Program-made: the position numbers and the translations under genes
Shown here: positions 42,587-53,385 of the stretch, one piece after another
How positions within the stretch are numbered: the first letter of the stretch is position 1
Layout: each line of letters starts with the position of its first letter
Notes under the pieces: model-generated
The model's input: the letters and a program-made list of their open reading frames with translations, nothing else
What the model was told of the DNA's origin: nothing
Database searches by the model: none
Source of the DNA: an uncultured virus (IMG/VR IMGVR_UViG_3300046314_000297)
Lineage: Duplodnaviria > Heunggongvirae > Uroviricota > Caudoviricetes
Length of the DNA stretch: 64,000 bases
Virus record (IMG/VR): IMGVR_UViG_3300046314_000297
Direction: 5' to 3' (one strand)

Positions 42587-43864
42587 TTAGCCACCTACGC
42601 TTGCTTTTGTATAACGGATGATAACAATACCAGAACCACCGGAACCGCCTGCCCCGCCGCCACCGCCAGTGTTTACTACAGCGTTTGAAATGGCATTATA
42701 AGCAGTATTGACTCCCGTACCGCCACCACCGGCACCACCGGCATAGTTAGCATATGTACTACCTTCGGGTGGATACCCAGCTCCACCACCTCCGCCAGCA
42801 TAATACCCGCTATTAGCACCGGTAGTAGTTGCTGTAGCAAAAGCAGAATACTGCTTTCCGGCTCCGCCGACTGGACCACCTACAGCGTTGTAATTACCTC
42901 CGGCCGCGCCAGCTCCACCTCCACCAGATGCATAGGGCTGAGAGTTGCCTGACGTTCCACCGGCATTACCAAATCCGGTAGAGGCGTATGTTCCTACCCC
43001 ATCGCTTGTGGTGGACGGCTGTGTTGCCGCTGAGCCGGGGTACCCTGGATACCACTGTCCGGCACCAGAACCGCCAGAGGTAGCGTTATTAGTGGTGTCG
43101 TTATATCCACCGCTTCCTCCGCCAAGAGCAGTAATTGTTCTACCGTTTCCGGACAGTACTGTATCTACACCCTTAGCAACTGCCGTTCCGCTAGCACTAG
43201 CGCCTCCAGAGCCTACCGCGATTGTGTAGCTGCCAGCAGGCATCGTGTACGAAGAGATATAGATGAGACCGCCTGCTCCACCACCAGCACCACGCTGTGT
43301 TTGTCCAGTAGCCACTGCACCACCGGTACCACCGCCGGCAACCATAAGAATATCTACTGCAATCGGTAAAGAAGATACTGACAAGCTGCTAGATGCTGTA
43401 AATGTCCGATAATAATATGTTGAATCGGACGATAAAGTTCCTCCTGTTACTACTGAAATAGCAGGAAGATCCCCCGATAGGCGATATTGACCGGAGGCAA
43501 CACAGTTAACGTCAACTTTAGAGTATTGCGCACGCGTAGAAAAACCAGCTGGGCTTAGAAGAGTAACTCCAGAACCAGCACTGAAATTGACAGTACCTGT
43601 TCCATCTTGGAAAACCGAAGTGACACCTCCAACGTTTAGAGCGTTGTTTATGGTGAAAATTTGAGCTGAGGATCCGGTAAAACGGATAATCTGATTTTCG
43701 TCTGCTGATGATAGTGAATAGTTTGCCGACTTGTCAGAAACGGTGCGTGTAGTAATGGCAGCAGTTCCTTGAGCCTGCCAACTAGAGCCATTCCAAATCC
43801 AACTACGGCCTGCATATGCATAAGTTTGATTTAGAGTTGGTGATCCTGGAAATGAGATAGCCAT
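42587..43864 (-). CDS. Three-module fusion: MAISFP module + GDL domain + glycine-rich domain
   Basis: MAISFPGSP; NYSL...QDGTG.V.F.AG.GVTL...QYS...LSGDL; Gly-rich C-half. Confidence 0.8.
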   Translation of the reverse strand: MAISFPGSPTLNQTYAYAGRSWIWNGSSWQAQGTAAITTRTVSDKSANYSLSSADENQIIRFTGSSAQIFTINNALNVGGVTSVFQDGTGTVNFSAGSGVTLLSPAGFSTRAQYSKVDVNCVASGQYRLSGDLPAISVVTGGTLSSDSTYYYRTFTASSSLSVSSLPIAVDILMVAGGGTGGAVATGQTQRGAGGGAGGLIYISSYTMPAGSYTIAVGSGGASASGTAVAKGVDTVLSGNGRTITALGGGSGGYNDTTNNATSGGSGAGQWYPGYPGSAATQPSTTSDGVGTYASTGFGNAGGTSGNSQPYASGGGGAGAAGGNYNAVGGPVGGAGKQYSAFATATTTGANSGYYAGGGGGAGYPPEGSTYANYAGGAGGGGTGVNTAYNAISNAVVNTGGGGGAGGSGGSGIVIIRYTKASVGG

Positions 43865-43866
43865 AT

Positions 43867-45492
43867 TTAACCTACATACATCTGTGCTGGGGGAGTAAAT
43901 GCTCCTGTGTATTTAGCCGCTCCAACGTAGAAGCGGAAATCTTGGATGTAACCAGAAAGTCCCTTGGCTACTGGCCCTGGGAAATACTGATAGCTACCGA
44001 TGCGGAAAGTCTGAGAAGCAGGGATACCAATGTTGTTGTTTGATGTCACTGTTCCAACCTGAGTACCGTTTAGGAACATACGAACTACACCGCTTGCTCG
44101 AGTTACAGCTACGTGATGCCAGGTGTTAGCTGTAGGAGTTGTAGAGGTAGTTAGGGCTATACCCCAGCCGGTGCTGCCAGCAGTGCAAGCATAGAATGCC
44201 AGGGTTGTATTTGCCTCAAGAATCATAACCCAGCCGGGCTGCTGATCTCCGCTGTCGCCAGCATGAGAAGCCATGCATTGATAGCCTCCGCTTACCGACG
44301 TGCTGGTGAAGTAGTACCAGCCCTCGATTGTGAAATCATTAGTACCGATTTGAAGATTTGCATTAGTAGGAGTGCTTATATATTTGTTTTCTAAGTAGCC
44401 GCCCATAGACAGGGAGCTACCATAATACTTAGAAGAAATAGTTTGAAATGCAGGAGAGTTTACTGATGTCATTACTCGATTGACGCCACTTCCGGCTATA
44501 GTTGCAGAATAATCATTGAAGCTAAGATCAGCTGAAAGCGGCGTTGCGATTTTAAGAGAGGTAGAAGCCGAGTCAGTTCGCCATATAGTGCTGTTTACTA
44601 CGGCAGACTTTAAATAGCGAACAATAACAACGCCAGATCCTCCTGAACCACCATAAACTCCTTCAGGAGTTGAATACGCACCTCCACCGCCACCTCCACC
44701 GCCAGTGTTTGCTCCCGCCGAAATACCTATTCGAGAGGTTGCAAATGGTGACCCGTTACCGCCACCACCTAGACCGCCCTGACCTACTGTGGTAGTGCTA
44801 TTAGTATTTCCATTACCGCCAGCACCGCCGCCAGCATAATATGAGCCGTTTAGCCATTGTAGGCCAGCTCCGCCGTTGCCTCCGTAAGTTGATTGAGGCG
44901 CACTGCCCGCTGTACTAGCACCACCACCACCAGCAGCGCTATTCACTGCTACGCTGCCTGCAGCTCCTGCAAAACCTTGACTAGCGGTACCCTGCCCGGC
45001 GGTATTAATATCGCGCCCCCCGCCTCCACCAGAACCGCCATTAGTAGCTGCAATTGAAGAGCCTCCTGTAGCACCCTTACCTCCACCGATGGCTGTAAAT
45101 GTGAAGGCAGAAGTATCTCCTCCAATAGTAGGCTCGTAGTTAGCGGTAGAGCCTCCAGCTCCAACTGCGATAGTGTATGCGCCAAAAGCAGCATAATTAG
45201 CTACGGTTAGGTAACCTCCAGCACCGCCGCCACCGCCGCCCGCATGGTAGCCACCAGTTGGGGCAACACCGCCACCGCCACCGCCGCCAGCTACTACTAC
45301 AGCATCGATGGTAATAAGGCCGCCAGAGATAGTTAGTGTCCCGGAGGCAATAAAAGTCCGATAGTAATATGTAGCATCAGCACTGAGAACCCCTCCGGTT
45401 ACTGTTGGAGGCGGGGAATAGCCAGCTTTAATGCTCTTATAGCGAGCAAATGTCTGGATACCAGATCTGGTTATAGAAGACGCGTATTGCAT
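43867..45492 (-). CDS. Glycine-rich domain plus LamG-like domain
   Basis: Gly-rich N-half; DFTIEGWYY...WHHVAVTRASG..RMFLNG...GYIQDFR. Confidence 0.8.
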   Translation of the reverse strand: MQYASSITRSGIQTFARYKSIKAGYSPPPTVTGGVLSADATYYYRTFIASGTLTISGGLITIDAVVVAGGGGGGGVAPTGGYHAGGGGGGAGGYLTVANYAAFGAYTIAVGAGGSTANYEPTIGGDTSAFTFTAIGGGKGATGGSSIAATNGGSGGGGGRDINTAGQGTASQGFAGAAGSVAVNSAAGGGGASTAGSAPQSTYGGNGGAGLQWLNGSYYAGGGAGGNGNTNSTTTVGQGGLGGGGNGSPFATSRIGISAGANTGGGGGGGGAYSTPEGVYGGSGGSGVVIVRYLKSAVVNSTIWRTDSASTSLKIATPLSADLSFNDYSATIAGSGVNRVMTSVNSPAFQTISSKYYGSSLSMGGYLENKYISTPTNANLQIGTNDFTIEGWYYFTSTSVSGGYQCMASHAGDSGDQQPGWVMILEANTTLAFYACTAGSTGWGIALTTSTTPTANTWHHVAVTRASGVVRMFLNGTQVGTVTSNNNIGIPASQTFRIGSYQYFPGPVAKGLSGYIQDFRFYVGAAKYTGAFTPPAQMYVG

Positions 45493-45821
45493 TAGACAAT
45501 CTCCACACCTGAAACTAGGACGCTCATGGTGTTGGTTGACATGTAGACAGTAATAACGTCTGTTGCACCTAGAGATAGCGTAATTCCTGGGTTAATAGTG
45601 TCGTTAGCTCCGATAGGAGTGTCATAAGCGATGTAGTGCTGAGCGGCTAGCGTAGCTCCAGCTGGGCGAACGGCAATACGAAAAGAGCCAGCCCCGCTAG
45701 CCTGGTTACACACAGCAATGCTGTTAACGATAGCTTGAGTTCCGGCAGGCACGGTGTAGGCAGTAGTGGCAGTAGTGGCTGCAGGGTTTACCTGACCAAG
45801 AATCTTATATGTGGTAGCCAT
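45492..45821 (-). CDS. Small adaptor-like protein (MATTYKILGQ type); paralogue of 55773..56105
   Basis: YKILGQ..P.ATTAT..YTVPAG...FRIAVRPAG...YIAYD...GITL...DVITVY. Confidence 0.75.
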   Translation of the reverse strand: MATTYKILGQVNPAATTATTAYTVPAGTQAIVNSIAVCNQASGAGSFRIAVRPAGATLAAQHYIAYDTPIGANDTINPGITLSLGATDVITVYMSTNTMSVLVSGVEIV

Positions 45822-45829
45822 TTATTTTC

Positions 45830-46162
45830 CTATACCGTAAAGAATGGGTGAATGTAGTTAGTGACGCCTGGGCCTGTTGGACCAATCAGGTTCGCGTTAG
45901 GTTCCATCCATGCACCACTGAAGTATATGTATAGTTTACCATCTTCAGTATTAAACCAAGCCTGCCCCGCTGACGGCGATGAGGGTGCTGTAGCAGATAC
46001 GGAATATGATCCATCGATTCCAGCAGGGCCTGATGGCCCAGTTGGACCAGGAGCACCTTGATAGAAAACAGCTTCCCAGCGGGTGCCATTAAAAGTCCAA
46101 CTTCGATTGCCAGAAGTGAAAGTTTGCCCGTTAGTCGGGGAGTTTGGGAAATCCAGAGCCAT
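45830..46162 (-). CDS. Short MALDFP-module protein with HPFF tail
   Basis: MALDFPNSP; short collagen; GQAWFN module; YIHPFFTV. Confidence 0.8.
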   Translation of the reverse strand: MALDFPNSPTNGQTFTSGNRSWTFNGTRWEAVFYQGAPGPTGPSGPAGIDGSYSVSATAPSSPSAGQAWFNTEDGKLYIYFSGAWMEPNANLIGPTGPGVTNYIHPFFTV

Positions 46163-46905
46163 TAATCTACCGCCGTCTTAAGATATCTAATCATAACAAA
46201 TCCAGAGCCACCGTTGCCACCACCGGCGTAGCCACCTCCGCCGCCAGAGCCAGTTCCGCCCTGACCGCCACCCGCGAAACTAGAGCCAGTTCCAGCACTT
46301 CCACCGCCACCTCCACCAATACCGCCGGCACCAGGAACCTGAGAAGTGCCACCCTGAGCACCTCCACCACCGCCACCACCAAAGTAACCATCACCGCGAA
46401 GACCAGTTGTAGTTACCCAGGTTGAGAAAGAGTTAGTTCCAGGACCACCTGCACCACCATTGTTGCTTCCAGCAACACGGCCGCCACCGCCGCCACCGTT
46501 ACCAGAACCGCCAGCACCACCGCCCTCGCTGCCTAGGCCACCGCCACCAGCGGAACCAGTACCCGGAAAAGACGAAGTTGACCCTGAAGCACCGGAGAAT
46601 CCATTACTGTTTTTGGACCCAACCCCGCCGCCGCCGACTACAAGACTATACGTCCCGACAGTTAGAACTTTGCCAGAAAAATAAGAGACTCCGCCTGCTG
46701 CGCCACCAGTTCCAATGTTACCTCCACCGCCGCCGCCGCCCCCATGAATGAGTACCTCTACGGTTACTGGAAGAACTGAAACAACTAGATCGCTGCTTCC
46801 GTAAAAAGTTCGATAGTAGTAAGTTGCATCTGAGTAAAGCGTTCCACCGGACACCATAGCTTTAGTTTTGTGACTGCCTGTAGTTCCAACCATAAAAGGG
46901 CTCAT
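46162..46905 (-). CDS. Glycine-rich domain protein
   Basis: [15 protein letters not shown]...HGGGGGGGG...[10 protein letters not shown]. Confidence 0.8.
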   Translation of the reverse strand: MSPFMVGTTGSHKTKAMVSGGTLYSDATYYYRTFYGSSDLVVSVLPVTVEVLIHGGGGGGGGNIGTGGAAGGVSYFSGKVLTVGTYSLVVGGGGVGSKNSNGFSGASGSTSSFPGTGSAGGGGLGSEGGGAGGSGNGGGGGGRVAGSNNGGAGGPGTNSFSTWVTTTGLRGDGYFGGGGGGGAQGGTSQVPGAGGIGGGGGGSAGTGSSFAGGGQGGTGSGGGGGYAGGGNGGSGFVMIRYLKTAVD

Positions 46906-49505
46906 ACGACTAGATCACCTAGCAAGACATATAGCCCAGAAGCCACGCACATAATAGTTGCCGGTGAATACTGAACGTTGGTTTTAAACTTGCTTGCAGC
47001 TGAGTTTAGAGTTACCCCAGTGCCTGCTACGAATGTGATTTGGCCAGCTCCATACTGAATTACGTCAATCTGCTGTCCGGCTACAAGATTATTATCAACA
47101 GTAATGGTGTACGCCGTAGCTGAGGTAGAGCGTAGAACAGTTCCGGCATTTGCGGAAATAGTCGAGTAAGTCCCAGCTACGTCTGTGATTGTCGAGAAAA
47201 GGTATGGACCGGTAGGTCCTGTAGTTCCAGTTGGGCCGGTGACCTGAGACGCTGCTCCCGTCGGGCCTGTCGGACCGGTTGGTCCAGTTGGTCCGGTAAC
47301 GCTTGGCCCTGTTACACCAATCGGACCGGTAGGTCCTAGAGGTCCAGTTGGGCCGTTGATGTTAGATGAAGTTTCGACCCAATAGCCATCGTACCAAATA
47401 AACATCTGGCTAGTATTAGTGTCGAACCAGGTCTCGCCGATAGCTGGGTTGGTTGGTGCAGTAGATGTTGCTGCGTAGCGTCCAGTTCCAGTAGGCCCTG
47501 TTGCCCCGGGCGCACTGATGTTTGAAGTTGTCTCGACCCAAGCAGTTCCGTACCATAGGTACATAGTTCCGTCGGTAGAGTCAAACCAAGTGTCGCCTTC
47601 GGCTGGGTCCGATGGTGCGGTGGCAGAAACGGTATAAACACCATCTGCACCAGTTGGACCTGTTGCACCCTGAACACCTTGCGCACCAGTTGGGCCAGTT
47701 GGGCCTGCAATATTTGCATCTGCTTCTACCCAGAAGTCACTGTAGTAGACATAGATGATGCCCTCGGCTGAGTTAAACCACATGTCTCCGAGGACTGGAG
47801 ATGGTGGTGAGGTATCTGAAACCGTGTAGGTACCCTTTGCACCAGTTGCACCGGTTGCACCTGCCGATCCTGTAGGTCCTGTAACGGTTGAAGCAGCTCC
47901 GGTAGGGCCTGTTGCACCAGTAGCACCAGTTGCACCCTGGATACCCTGAGACCCAGTAGGTCCTGCAACAGTAGAGGCTGCACCCGTTGCACCTGTTGCA
48001 CCAGTAGGTCCAACTACCTGAGAGTTCTTCCATAAACCAGTTGCTGAATCGTAGCGTAGAACGTCGCCATCTGTTTTTGATGTAATCGCTACATCATGAA
48101 GCTCGTCAACCTCGAAACCGTTCTGAACCTTGACAAAAATTTCACCATTAGTTGCATGTGCACGGGTAACAATACCAATAAACACCAAGTGCGCTGGCGC
48201 AGAAGGCTTAGTAGTCGAACCGCCGTAATGCCAGAAGATAAGGTCACCTGCAGTGCCCAACCAAACAGCATCACCAGCAGTAGCACTTCCAGTATCTAAA
48301 CCAGTAAGTAAACCTTCAGTAATTACATTTACAAAAGCATTAGTTGAACCACCAGACTCAAGCAAGCCCATAGTCTTAGATGAAGTAGTCTCAGCGGCAT
48401 TCGAAGCCTTAGAAACAATCATGTTAGTTCCGTTAGAGGAACTTACGTAAACAGCCTGACCCTTAGCAATTGCTTCACCAAGTTTCACCTCATGCTTGAT
48501 AACTGACGTATAGCCAGCTGAAGGTGCGGTAGAAGTCCAAGTTGTGTTGTAGTCAGTACCATCAACCTTGGCAAGGAACTGTCCAGTAGAACCGCCAGTT
48601 GCAACGCCAGGGCCTGCAGGTCCAGTGGCTCCCTGAGCACCAGTTGCACCTTGGGGGCCAACAATCTGACCAGCGTCAGTCCAGCTTGAACCATTCCAAA
48701 CATAAAGGTTGCCATCAGAATCAACAATATAGGCATCATTATTCGAGTTACCAGTGCTCGGTAGTGCGCCTACAGTAGACACGGACCCAATGAAGTGGAT
48801 GTCTGTACCCTGCGGTCCCGTAGCGCCTGTCGGTCCGGTTGCACCATCCGCACCAACATATCCGTCTGCACCTGTTGCACCAGTTGCACCTGTTGCACCT
48901 TGGATTCCCTGTGATCCTGTTGCACCTGTTACACCTTGAATGCCTTGTGCTCCAGTTGGCCCAGTTGCACCTATAGCACCAGTAGCACCAGTTGCACCAG
49001 TAGGTCCGGTTGCACCATCCGCACCAACATATCCGTCTGCACCTGTTGCACCAGTTGCACCAGTTGAACCAGTAGGTCCAGTTACGTTAGAGTCAGCTCC
49101 GGTTGGTCCAGTTGCACCTTGAAGGCCGGTTAGTCCGTACTCACCAGTTGCACCAGTTGGGCCAGTTGCTCCCTGAATGCCGGTTGGGCCAGTAGTTCCC
49201 TGGATTCCCTGAATGCCTTGATCACCAGTTGGACCTGTTGCGCCTTGTGTACCAGTTGGGCCAGTTGCACCATCTTGACCATTTGTGCCATTTGTGCCAG
49301 CAGCTCCAGTTGGTCCAGTTACAAATGAGTCAGCTCCAGAAGGGCCAGTTACTCCTTGGCTACCTTGAGATCCAGTAGGACCTGTAGGGCCATTAGCATA
49401 CTCAAGTCCAGTAGTCTTCCAGACAACGCCAGTCCAAATCCAGGCAGCGCTACCTACTGTAAATACATCATTTACAGAGGGTGAATCCGGAAAATTGATT
49501 GCCAT
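46902..49505 (-). CDS. Collagen-like fibre (867 aa): MAINFP module, stalks, three GDxWF modules, GDL C-domain
   Basis: GPT/GAT repeats; internal IAKGQAVYV...GL domain; C-terminal QYS...LLGDL. Confidence 0.9.
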   Translation of the reverse strand: MAINFPDSPSVNDVFTVGSAAWIWTGVVWKTTGLEYANGPTGPTGSQGSQGVTGPSGADSFVTGPTGAAGTNGTNGQDGATGPTGTQGATGPTGDQGIQGIQGTTGPTGIQGATGPTGATGEYGLTGLQGATGPTGADSNVTGPTGSTGATGATGADGYVGADGATGPTGATGATGAIGATGPTGAQGIQGVTGATGSQGIQGATGATGATGADGYVGADGATGPTGATGPQGTDIHFIGSVSTVGALPSTGNSNNDAYIVDSDGNLYVWNGSSWTDAGQIVGPQGATGAQGATGPAGPGVATGGSTGQFLAKVDGTDYNTTWTSTAPSAGYTSVIKHEVKLGEAIAKGQAVYVSSSNGTNMIVSKASNAAETTSSKTMGLLESGGSTNAFVNVITEGLLTGLDTGSATAGDAVWLGTAGDLIFWHYGGSTTKPSAPAHLVFIGIVTRAHATNGEIFVKVQNGFEVDELHDVAITSKTDGDVLRYDSATGLWKNSQVVGPTGATGATGAASTVAGPTGSQGIQGATGATGATGPTGAASTVTGPTGSAGATGATGAKGTYTVSDTSPPSPVLGDMWFNSAEGIIYVYYSDFWVEADANIAGPTGPTGAQGVQGATGPTGADGVYTVSATAPSDPAEGDTWFDSTDGTMYLWYGTAWVETTSNISAPGATGPTGTGRYAATSTAPTNPAIGETWFDTNTSQMFIWYDGYWVETSSNINGPTGPLGPTGPIGVTGPSVTGPTGPTGPTGPTGAASQVTGPTGTTGPTGPYLFSTITDVAGTYSTISANAGTVLRSTSATAYTITVDNNLVAGQQIDVIQYGAGQITFVAGTGVTLNSAASKFKTNVQYSPATIMCVASGLYVLLGDLVV
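48832..49061. repeat. 59-bp exact direct repeat (48832-48890 and 49003-49061) inside a collagen stalk
   Basis: GGTCCGGTTGCACCATCCGCACCAACATATCCGTCTGCACCTGTTGCACCAGTTGCACC occurs twice, offset 171 bp. Confidence 0.9.
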
Positions 49506-49543
49506 TGATATCCTAGGTAGAAGGGCTACTCTATTTTATCATG
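49489..49543. repeat. 55-bp exact direct repeat, copy 2 (contains TGATAAAAT promoter on minus strand)
   Basis: Identical to 36851..36905. Confidence 0.95.
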
Positions 49544-49544
49544 G

Positions 49545-49901
49545 TTACTCGGTTGGTGTAGGTAGCTCCACTACGATCCATGATAGAGATTCTTCATCCC
49601 ATGAGTAAATCTGACCATCAGTTGGCATAGCTTCTGGAGCTTCCCATAGTGCTGTCTCTGGGTTTAGGTCCCATGACTCAAATGGCTTTGGTGGTACGAA
49701 TGCATCGATAGATGCGTCGTAGGTGTAGCCAATGCCTGCATAGTTCTTACGAATGTTGCCATTGTAAGAAGTTTTAACCCAGGTTCCACCGAGGTTGTCA
49801 ACTAGCCACTGGTAACCTTCGTCACCGTTTGGGTCATTGTTGTCTGTAACAAGTACGCGTAGTACTACGTTGTTCTCATCAATTTCAGCGAAATGTGCCA
49901 T
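49545..49901 (-). CDS. Phage protein of MAHFAEID type, possibly a fibre-assembly chaperone
   Basis: WVKTSYNGNIRKNYAGIGYTYD...PPKPFESW...WDE; GGAG RBS. Confidence 0.7.
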   Translation of the reverse strand: MAHFAEIDENNVVLRVLVTDNNDPNGDEGYQWLVDNLGGTWVKTSYNGNIRKNYAGIGYTYDASIDAFVPPKPFESWDLNPETALWEAPEAMPTDGQIYSWDEESLSWIVVELPTPTE

Positions 49902-49910
49902 TTTTTCTCC

Positions 49911-50147
49911 TTAAGGAACTAGTAGTGCTGCTTCTTCAGCAGTTAGTTTTGCGCCAGTAGTAAGTTTAGTGATTGCAGATGCCTTTAGTGCGGCAATACG
50001 TGCAACTTCTGCTTCGCGTGCAGCCTGCTCTTCGGCAGCTGCTGCAATCTGAACTTCGCGTTCAGCGATCTCCTCTGGGGTGAGCGGAACGATAGTCTGC
50101 TCTCCAGTGTTGCCGTCCCATACGGCCTTGGTTAGAACTTCACTCAT
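49911..50147 (-). CDS. Small helical protein
   Basis: PLTPEEIAERE...SAITKL...LTAEEA; AGGA RBS. Confidence 0.7.
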   Translation of the reverse strand: MSEVLTKAVWDGNTGEQTIVPLTPEEIAEREVQIAAAAEEQAAREAEVARIAALKASAITKLTTGAKLTAEEAALLVP

Positions 50148-50156
50148 AATATTTCC

Positions 50157-51497
50157 TTAGAATGTGATTGAACCTGATGCGGTCCAAGTATAGATCTTGT
50201 ACCCATTAGTATAGTTTACCACAGGGTTTCCTGTTGTGGCTGTTGGATTTGCAAAGATGTCTGGGTAGCGGATAACTACTACACCAGAGCCACCAGCGCC
50301 ACCGGCAGCCTGATTATTACCTCCACCGCCAGAACCAGTTGTCATAATTGCAGACCCTGCAGCGCCACCGCTATTAGTACCGGCACCACCACCGCCAGAG
50401 CCACCAGCAGCAGAAGTATTGCTGCCTCCACCGCCACCGCCGGCTCTAATAGTAGCAAAACCAGTTATTGTGCTGGATATTCCTGAGCCTCCAGCGCCGC
50501 CTACTCCAGCAGAAGTGCCAGTTCCGTAGCCGTTTGCGCCTACTGCGCCTGCCCCACCGCCACCGCCTCCAGCGCCGTATGAGGTATTGTCAGTTCCTCC
50601 AGCGCCACCAGCAAATCCTTGCGCTGATGTCCCAGTACCACCAGCATCGGTGCGTCCAGAGGTTCCACCACCCGAGCCACCATTGCCACCAATCTTTACA
50701 TAACCAGCACCCGAGCCACCGCCGATAGATGTAATGCTTGAAAATACTGAGTTTGAACCAGCACCGCCATTTGCGTTGCTTGAACCGCCAGCGCCTCCTG
50801 CCCCAACTGTAACCGTGTATGCGGTTCCCGCAGATACTGAGAGTTGAGGCTCTGGCGATGAATTAGCCCCAGAAGTTCCAGCGTTAGTTCGATAACCACC
50901 AGCACCTCCTCCACCACCATGACCGGAACCGCCACCGGCACCACCAGCGACTACCAAATACTCAACAGTAGGAGTAGCGCCAGAACCAGAGGGAGCGAGC
51001 CTGTTAATACCGTAAAGAGAAGCTGTTGAATACTGCACGAAGTTGGCAGAACTTTGTAGCGTAAAAGAGAGGCTAGTGATAGCAGCAACGTTAGACCATA
51101 GTCCAGACACAAGCATGTCATATGCTGTAGTCCCGTTATTTTCTACAATTGTCTGAATCTCGTAGTTTTTATATGCAGCACTTGCGTAGTTAGGGATATA
51201 TACGCTAGACGTAGTGAACACGTTGGAGGTAGTACTAGTGCCGTTAACATCTCCAAAATAGTTAGGCACGCCATCTGAGTTTGAACTGGCTGTAGCGCCA
51301 TTGCCATAAAGTCGCCTATTGCTAAATCCAGTAGCATTGCCATTGAATGTTACGTAACTAGAAATCCCATTGCCGGTGAGGTCTGTCCTAGCAGAGATTA
51401 CTAAATATAAATCAGTATATACCTGAGGAATATTAGAAAAAATTATAGTAGAGGTACTAGCATTTAATGTCTGCGTAGAGATAAGTGTGTAACTCAT
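50157..51497 (-). CDS. Trio subunit C plus circularly permuted glycine-rich domain; paralogue of 30140..31477
   Basis: Start moved to ATG 51497 (ATGA overlap); IPQVYTDL, IPNY; ends YTWTASGSITF. Confidence 0.8.
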   Translation of the reverse strand: MSYTLISTQTLNASTSTIIFSNIPQVYTDLYLVISARTDLTGNGISSYVTFNGNATGFSNRRLYGNGATASSNSDGVPNYFGDVNGTSTTSNVFTTSSVYIPNYASAAYKNYEIQTIVENNGTTAYDMLVSGLWSNVAAITSLSFTLQSSANFVQYSTASLYGINRLAPSGSGATPTVEYLVVAGGAGGGSGHGGGGGAGGYRTNAGTSGANSSPEPQLSVSAGTAYTVTVGAGGAGGSSNANGGAGSNSVFSSITSIGGGSGAGYVKIGGNGGSGGGTSGRTDAGGTGTSAQGFAGGAGGTDNTSYGAGGGGGGAGAVGANGYGTGTSAGVGGAGGSGISSTITGFATIRAGGGGGGSNTSAAGGSGGGGAGTNSGGAAGSAIMTTGSGGGGNNQAAGGAGGSGVVVIRYPDIFANPTATTGNPVVNYTNGYKIYTWTASGSITF

Positions 51498-51997
51498 GCT
51501 AGAACTCCGTAAAGTGTGAAGGTAGAGCCAGCGGTGAATGATGCCCCACCTGTATACGTCGTCATAGATATTGAAGTGACGGGAGCCAACGACGTCCATT
51601 TTCCAACTTCAAGCACTTGAACTGAGTTTGGCTGAGTACTTACTACAATAAGTGTTTTTTGCTTATCCGAAGCCGAATATTCCATGATGTTAATCCTCTG
51701 AGTGTTCCACACATTGCTCGCTCCGGTGGCTCCGACTGAAGTAATTGGAATTAGGTTAGCGGAATTGCCTCCGAAAGCAGAAGAGTTATTGCCCACTAAG
51801 TCCACTCTAGAGTAGTTAGATCCTGAATCGCCGTTGAAATACATATAACCGTAGTCCTCTGTGTTTGAAGCAGTACTTCTGCTTGAGACGACTAATACTA
51901 GGTCAGCATACGTTTGTGGGACATTGCTGAATAGTACGGTAGGCGAGTCGACCGTCAGGGTGATTTTCCCTATTAAAGCTTGCGCATCGGACATCAT
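51494..51997 (-). CDS. Trio subunit B
   Basis: VPQTYADLVLV, FNGD, EYSASDKQKT, LYGVLA. Confidence 0.8.
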   Translation of the reverse strand: MMSDAQALIGKITLTVDSPTVLFSNVPQTYADLVLVVSSRSTASNTEDYGYMYFNGDSGSNYSRVDLVGNNSSAFGGNSANLIPITSVGATGASNVWNTQRINIMEYSASDKQKTLIVVSTQPNSVQVLEVGKWTSLAPVTSISMTTYTGGASFTAGSTFTLYGVLA

Positions 51998-53370
51998 TAA
52001 CCTCTAATCCCATATAGAGAGATACGTGAACCAGCAGCAAGTTGGCTGGTAACACCTGCATAACACTTTACAGTGAGACTAGTGACCGCGGCTGTCGATA
52101 CCCAAACGCCGGACCCTAAAGTAACTTGTTTTTTATACGAGTCCGTAGCACCGCTGATAGATCTAACTGTTTTATACTTTGAGGTATTCGCAAAGTCGTA
52201 GATGTCCGCAATGATGACGCCATAATTTCCTGAAGAATAATTTACGTCTGGAGTATTGATAGAGATATTCACGCCAGGGAAGTTTGTTGATTGAAACTTA
52301 CCCGAGCTAGCGCTGGTTCCGTCACTAGTAAGCCAGTGTGAGTTGTAGTTGGTATACGTAGTGTCTGCGTTGAAACTTATAGCTACGTTATCGCCTCCAG
52401 CGTTTCCAGTATTACGTGGAGTAATACGAAGCTGTAAATGCTTATATTGGCTAGCCGGGAGTCCTGCAAAAGTAACTGAAGTCTGCGCCGAGGTAAGTCT
52501 AACTGTTCCAATAAGTTCGAAGATGTCAGTGCTAGCTGTGATTGCTTCCTTAGCATATCGTACAACAACAATACCGGAGCCGCCGTTGCCACCACCGCCT
52601 CCCCAAGCGCCTACGGTGTTGTTACCGCCACCACCATTACCGCCGTTACCAGACCAAGCCGCTGCTGATGCTCCAGCTTCTTGTCCGCTAGCGCTTCCGC
52701 CATCGCCGCCCGTGGCATAGGTGCTTGAAGTTCCAGAAATGGTACTGGTTGCTCCTGCACCCCCGCTCTGCCCGCTTGCTGCAGCAGTTTTACCACCGCC
52801 ACCAGCGCCAACGCGGCTGGAAGTTCCCGCAGACTGAAAACCTGCATTACCTTCGCCGGAAATACCTGTACCAGCTAGAGCGCTGTAACCACCGTTACCA
52901 CCACCAGAACCACCATTACCACCAGCAGAGCCGGCACCATTAGCACCTCCACCTCCACCAGTAGTTGAAAAACTTGAAATGCTTGAAGATCCACCTGAAG
53001 GAGATGCGCCATCTGCTGACCCTGTTGCAGCAGGGTTGCCTGGACCACCGGCTCCAACTAGAACTGACAAAGAGCCGGTCAGTGTAGTTGCCACTACTTT
53101 CATACCACCAGCTCCACCACCACCACCACCGCGAGCTGAACCAAAGCCAGGGCCACCGCCACCGCCTCCAGATATTAATAATATGTCTGCAGTCAATGAA
53201 CCGCCAGAAACTGATAGCGTTCCGCTAGTTAGAAAAGTTCTGTAATAGTAAGTCGAGTCCTCGGATAGGTTTCCACCAGAAACTACGGGTGCGATTGTAG
53301 TACCAGTAGATATATTTCGATATCTGATTGGAGCAGCTATGTTGCTCTTGCTCATTCTATTTACGGTCAT
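51997..53370 (-). CDS. Glycine-rich domain plus trio subunit A domain
   Basis: Gly-rich N-half; FELIGT...YKHLQLR...SLYGIRG. Confidence 0.8.
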   Translation of the reverse strand: MTVNRMSKSNIAAPIRYRNISTGTTIAPVVSGGNLSEDSTYYYRTFLTSGTLSVSGGSLTADILLISGGGGGGPGFGSARGGGGGGAGGMKVVATTLTGSLSVLVGAGGPGNPAATGSADGASPSGGSSSISSFSTTGGGGGANGAGSAGGNGGSGGGNGGYSALAGTGISGEGNAGFQSAGTSSRVGAGGGGKTAAASGQSGGAGATSTISGTSSTYATGGDGGSASGQEAGASAAAWSGNGGNGGGGNNTVGAWGGGGGNGGSGIVVVRYAKEAITASTDIFELIGTVRLTSAQTSVTFAGLPASQYKHLQLRITPRNTGNAGGDNVAISFNADTTYTNYNSHWLTSDGTSASSGKFQSTNFPGVNISINTPDVNYSSGNYGVIIADIYDFANTSKYKTVRSISGATDSYKKQVTLGSGVWVSTAAVTSLTVKCYAGVTSQLAAGSRISLYGIRG

Positions 53371-53376
53371 AGGTCT

Positions 53377-53385
53377 ATTTTACCT
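53377..53385 (-). promoter_or_regulatory. Cassette promoter AGGTAAAAT(AGAC), leaderless
   Basis: TAAAAT lies 6 nt upstream of ATG 53370. Confidence 0.6.

Noticed and set aside
36851..49543. 55-bp repeats as att sites or invertible-segment ends
   Set aside because: Direct orientation, made of promoter/RBS/start codons, and no site-specific recombinase in the window
51498..51599. Longer ORF-track starts (also at 9799, 15713, 35042, 36082, 42594, 59912)
   Set aside because: Downstream starts fit stop/start overlaps, paralogue N-termini or promoter spacing better
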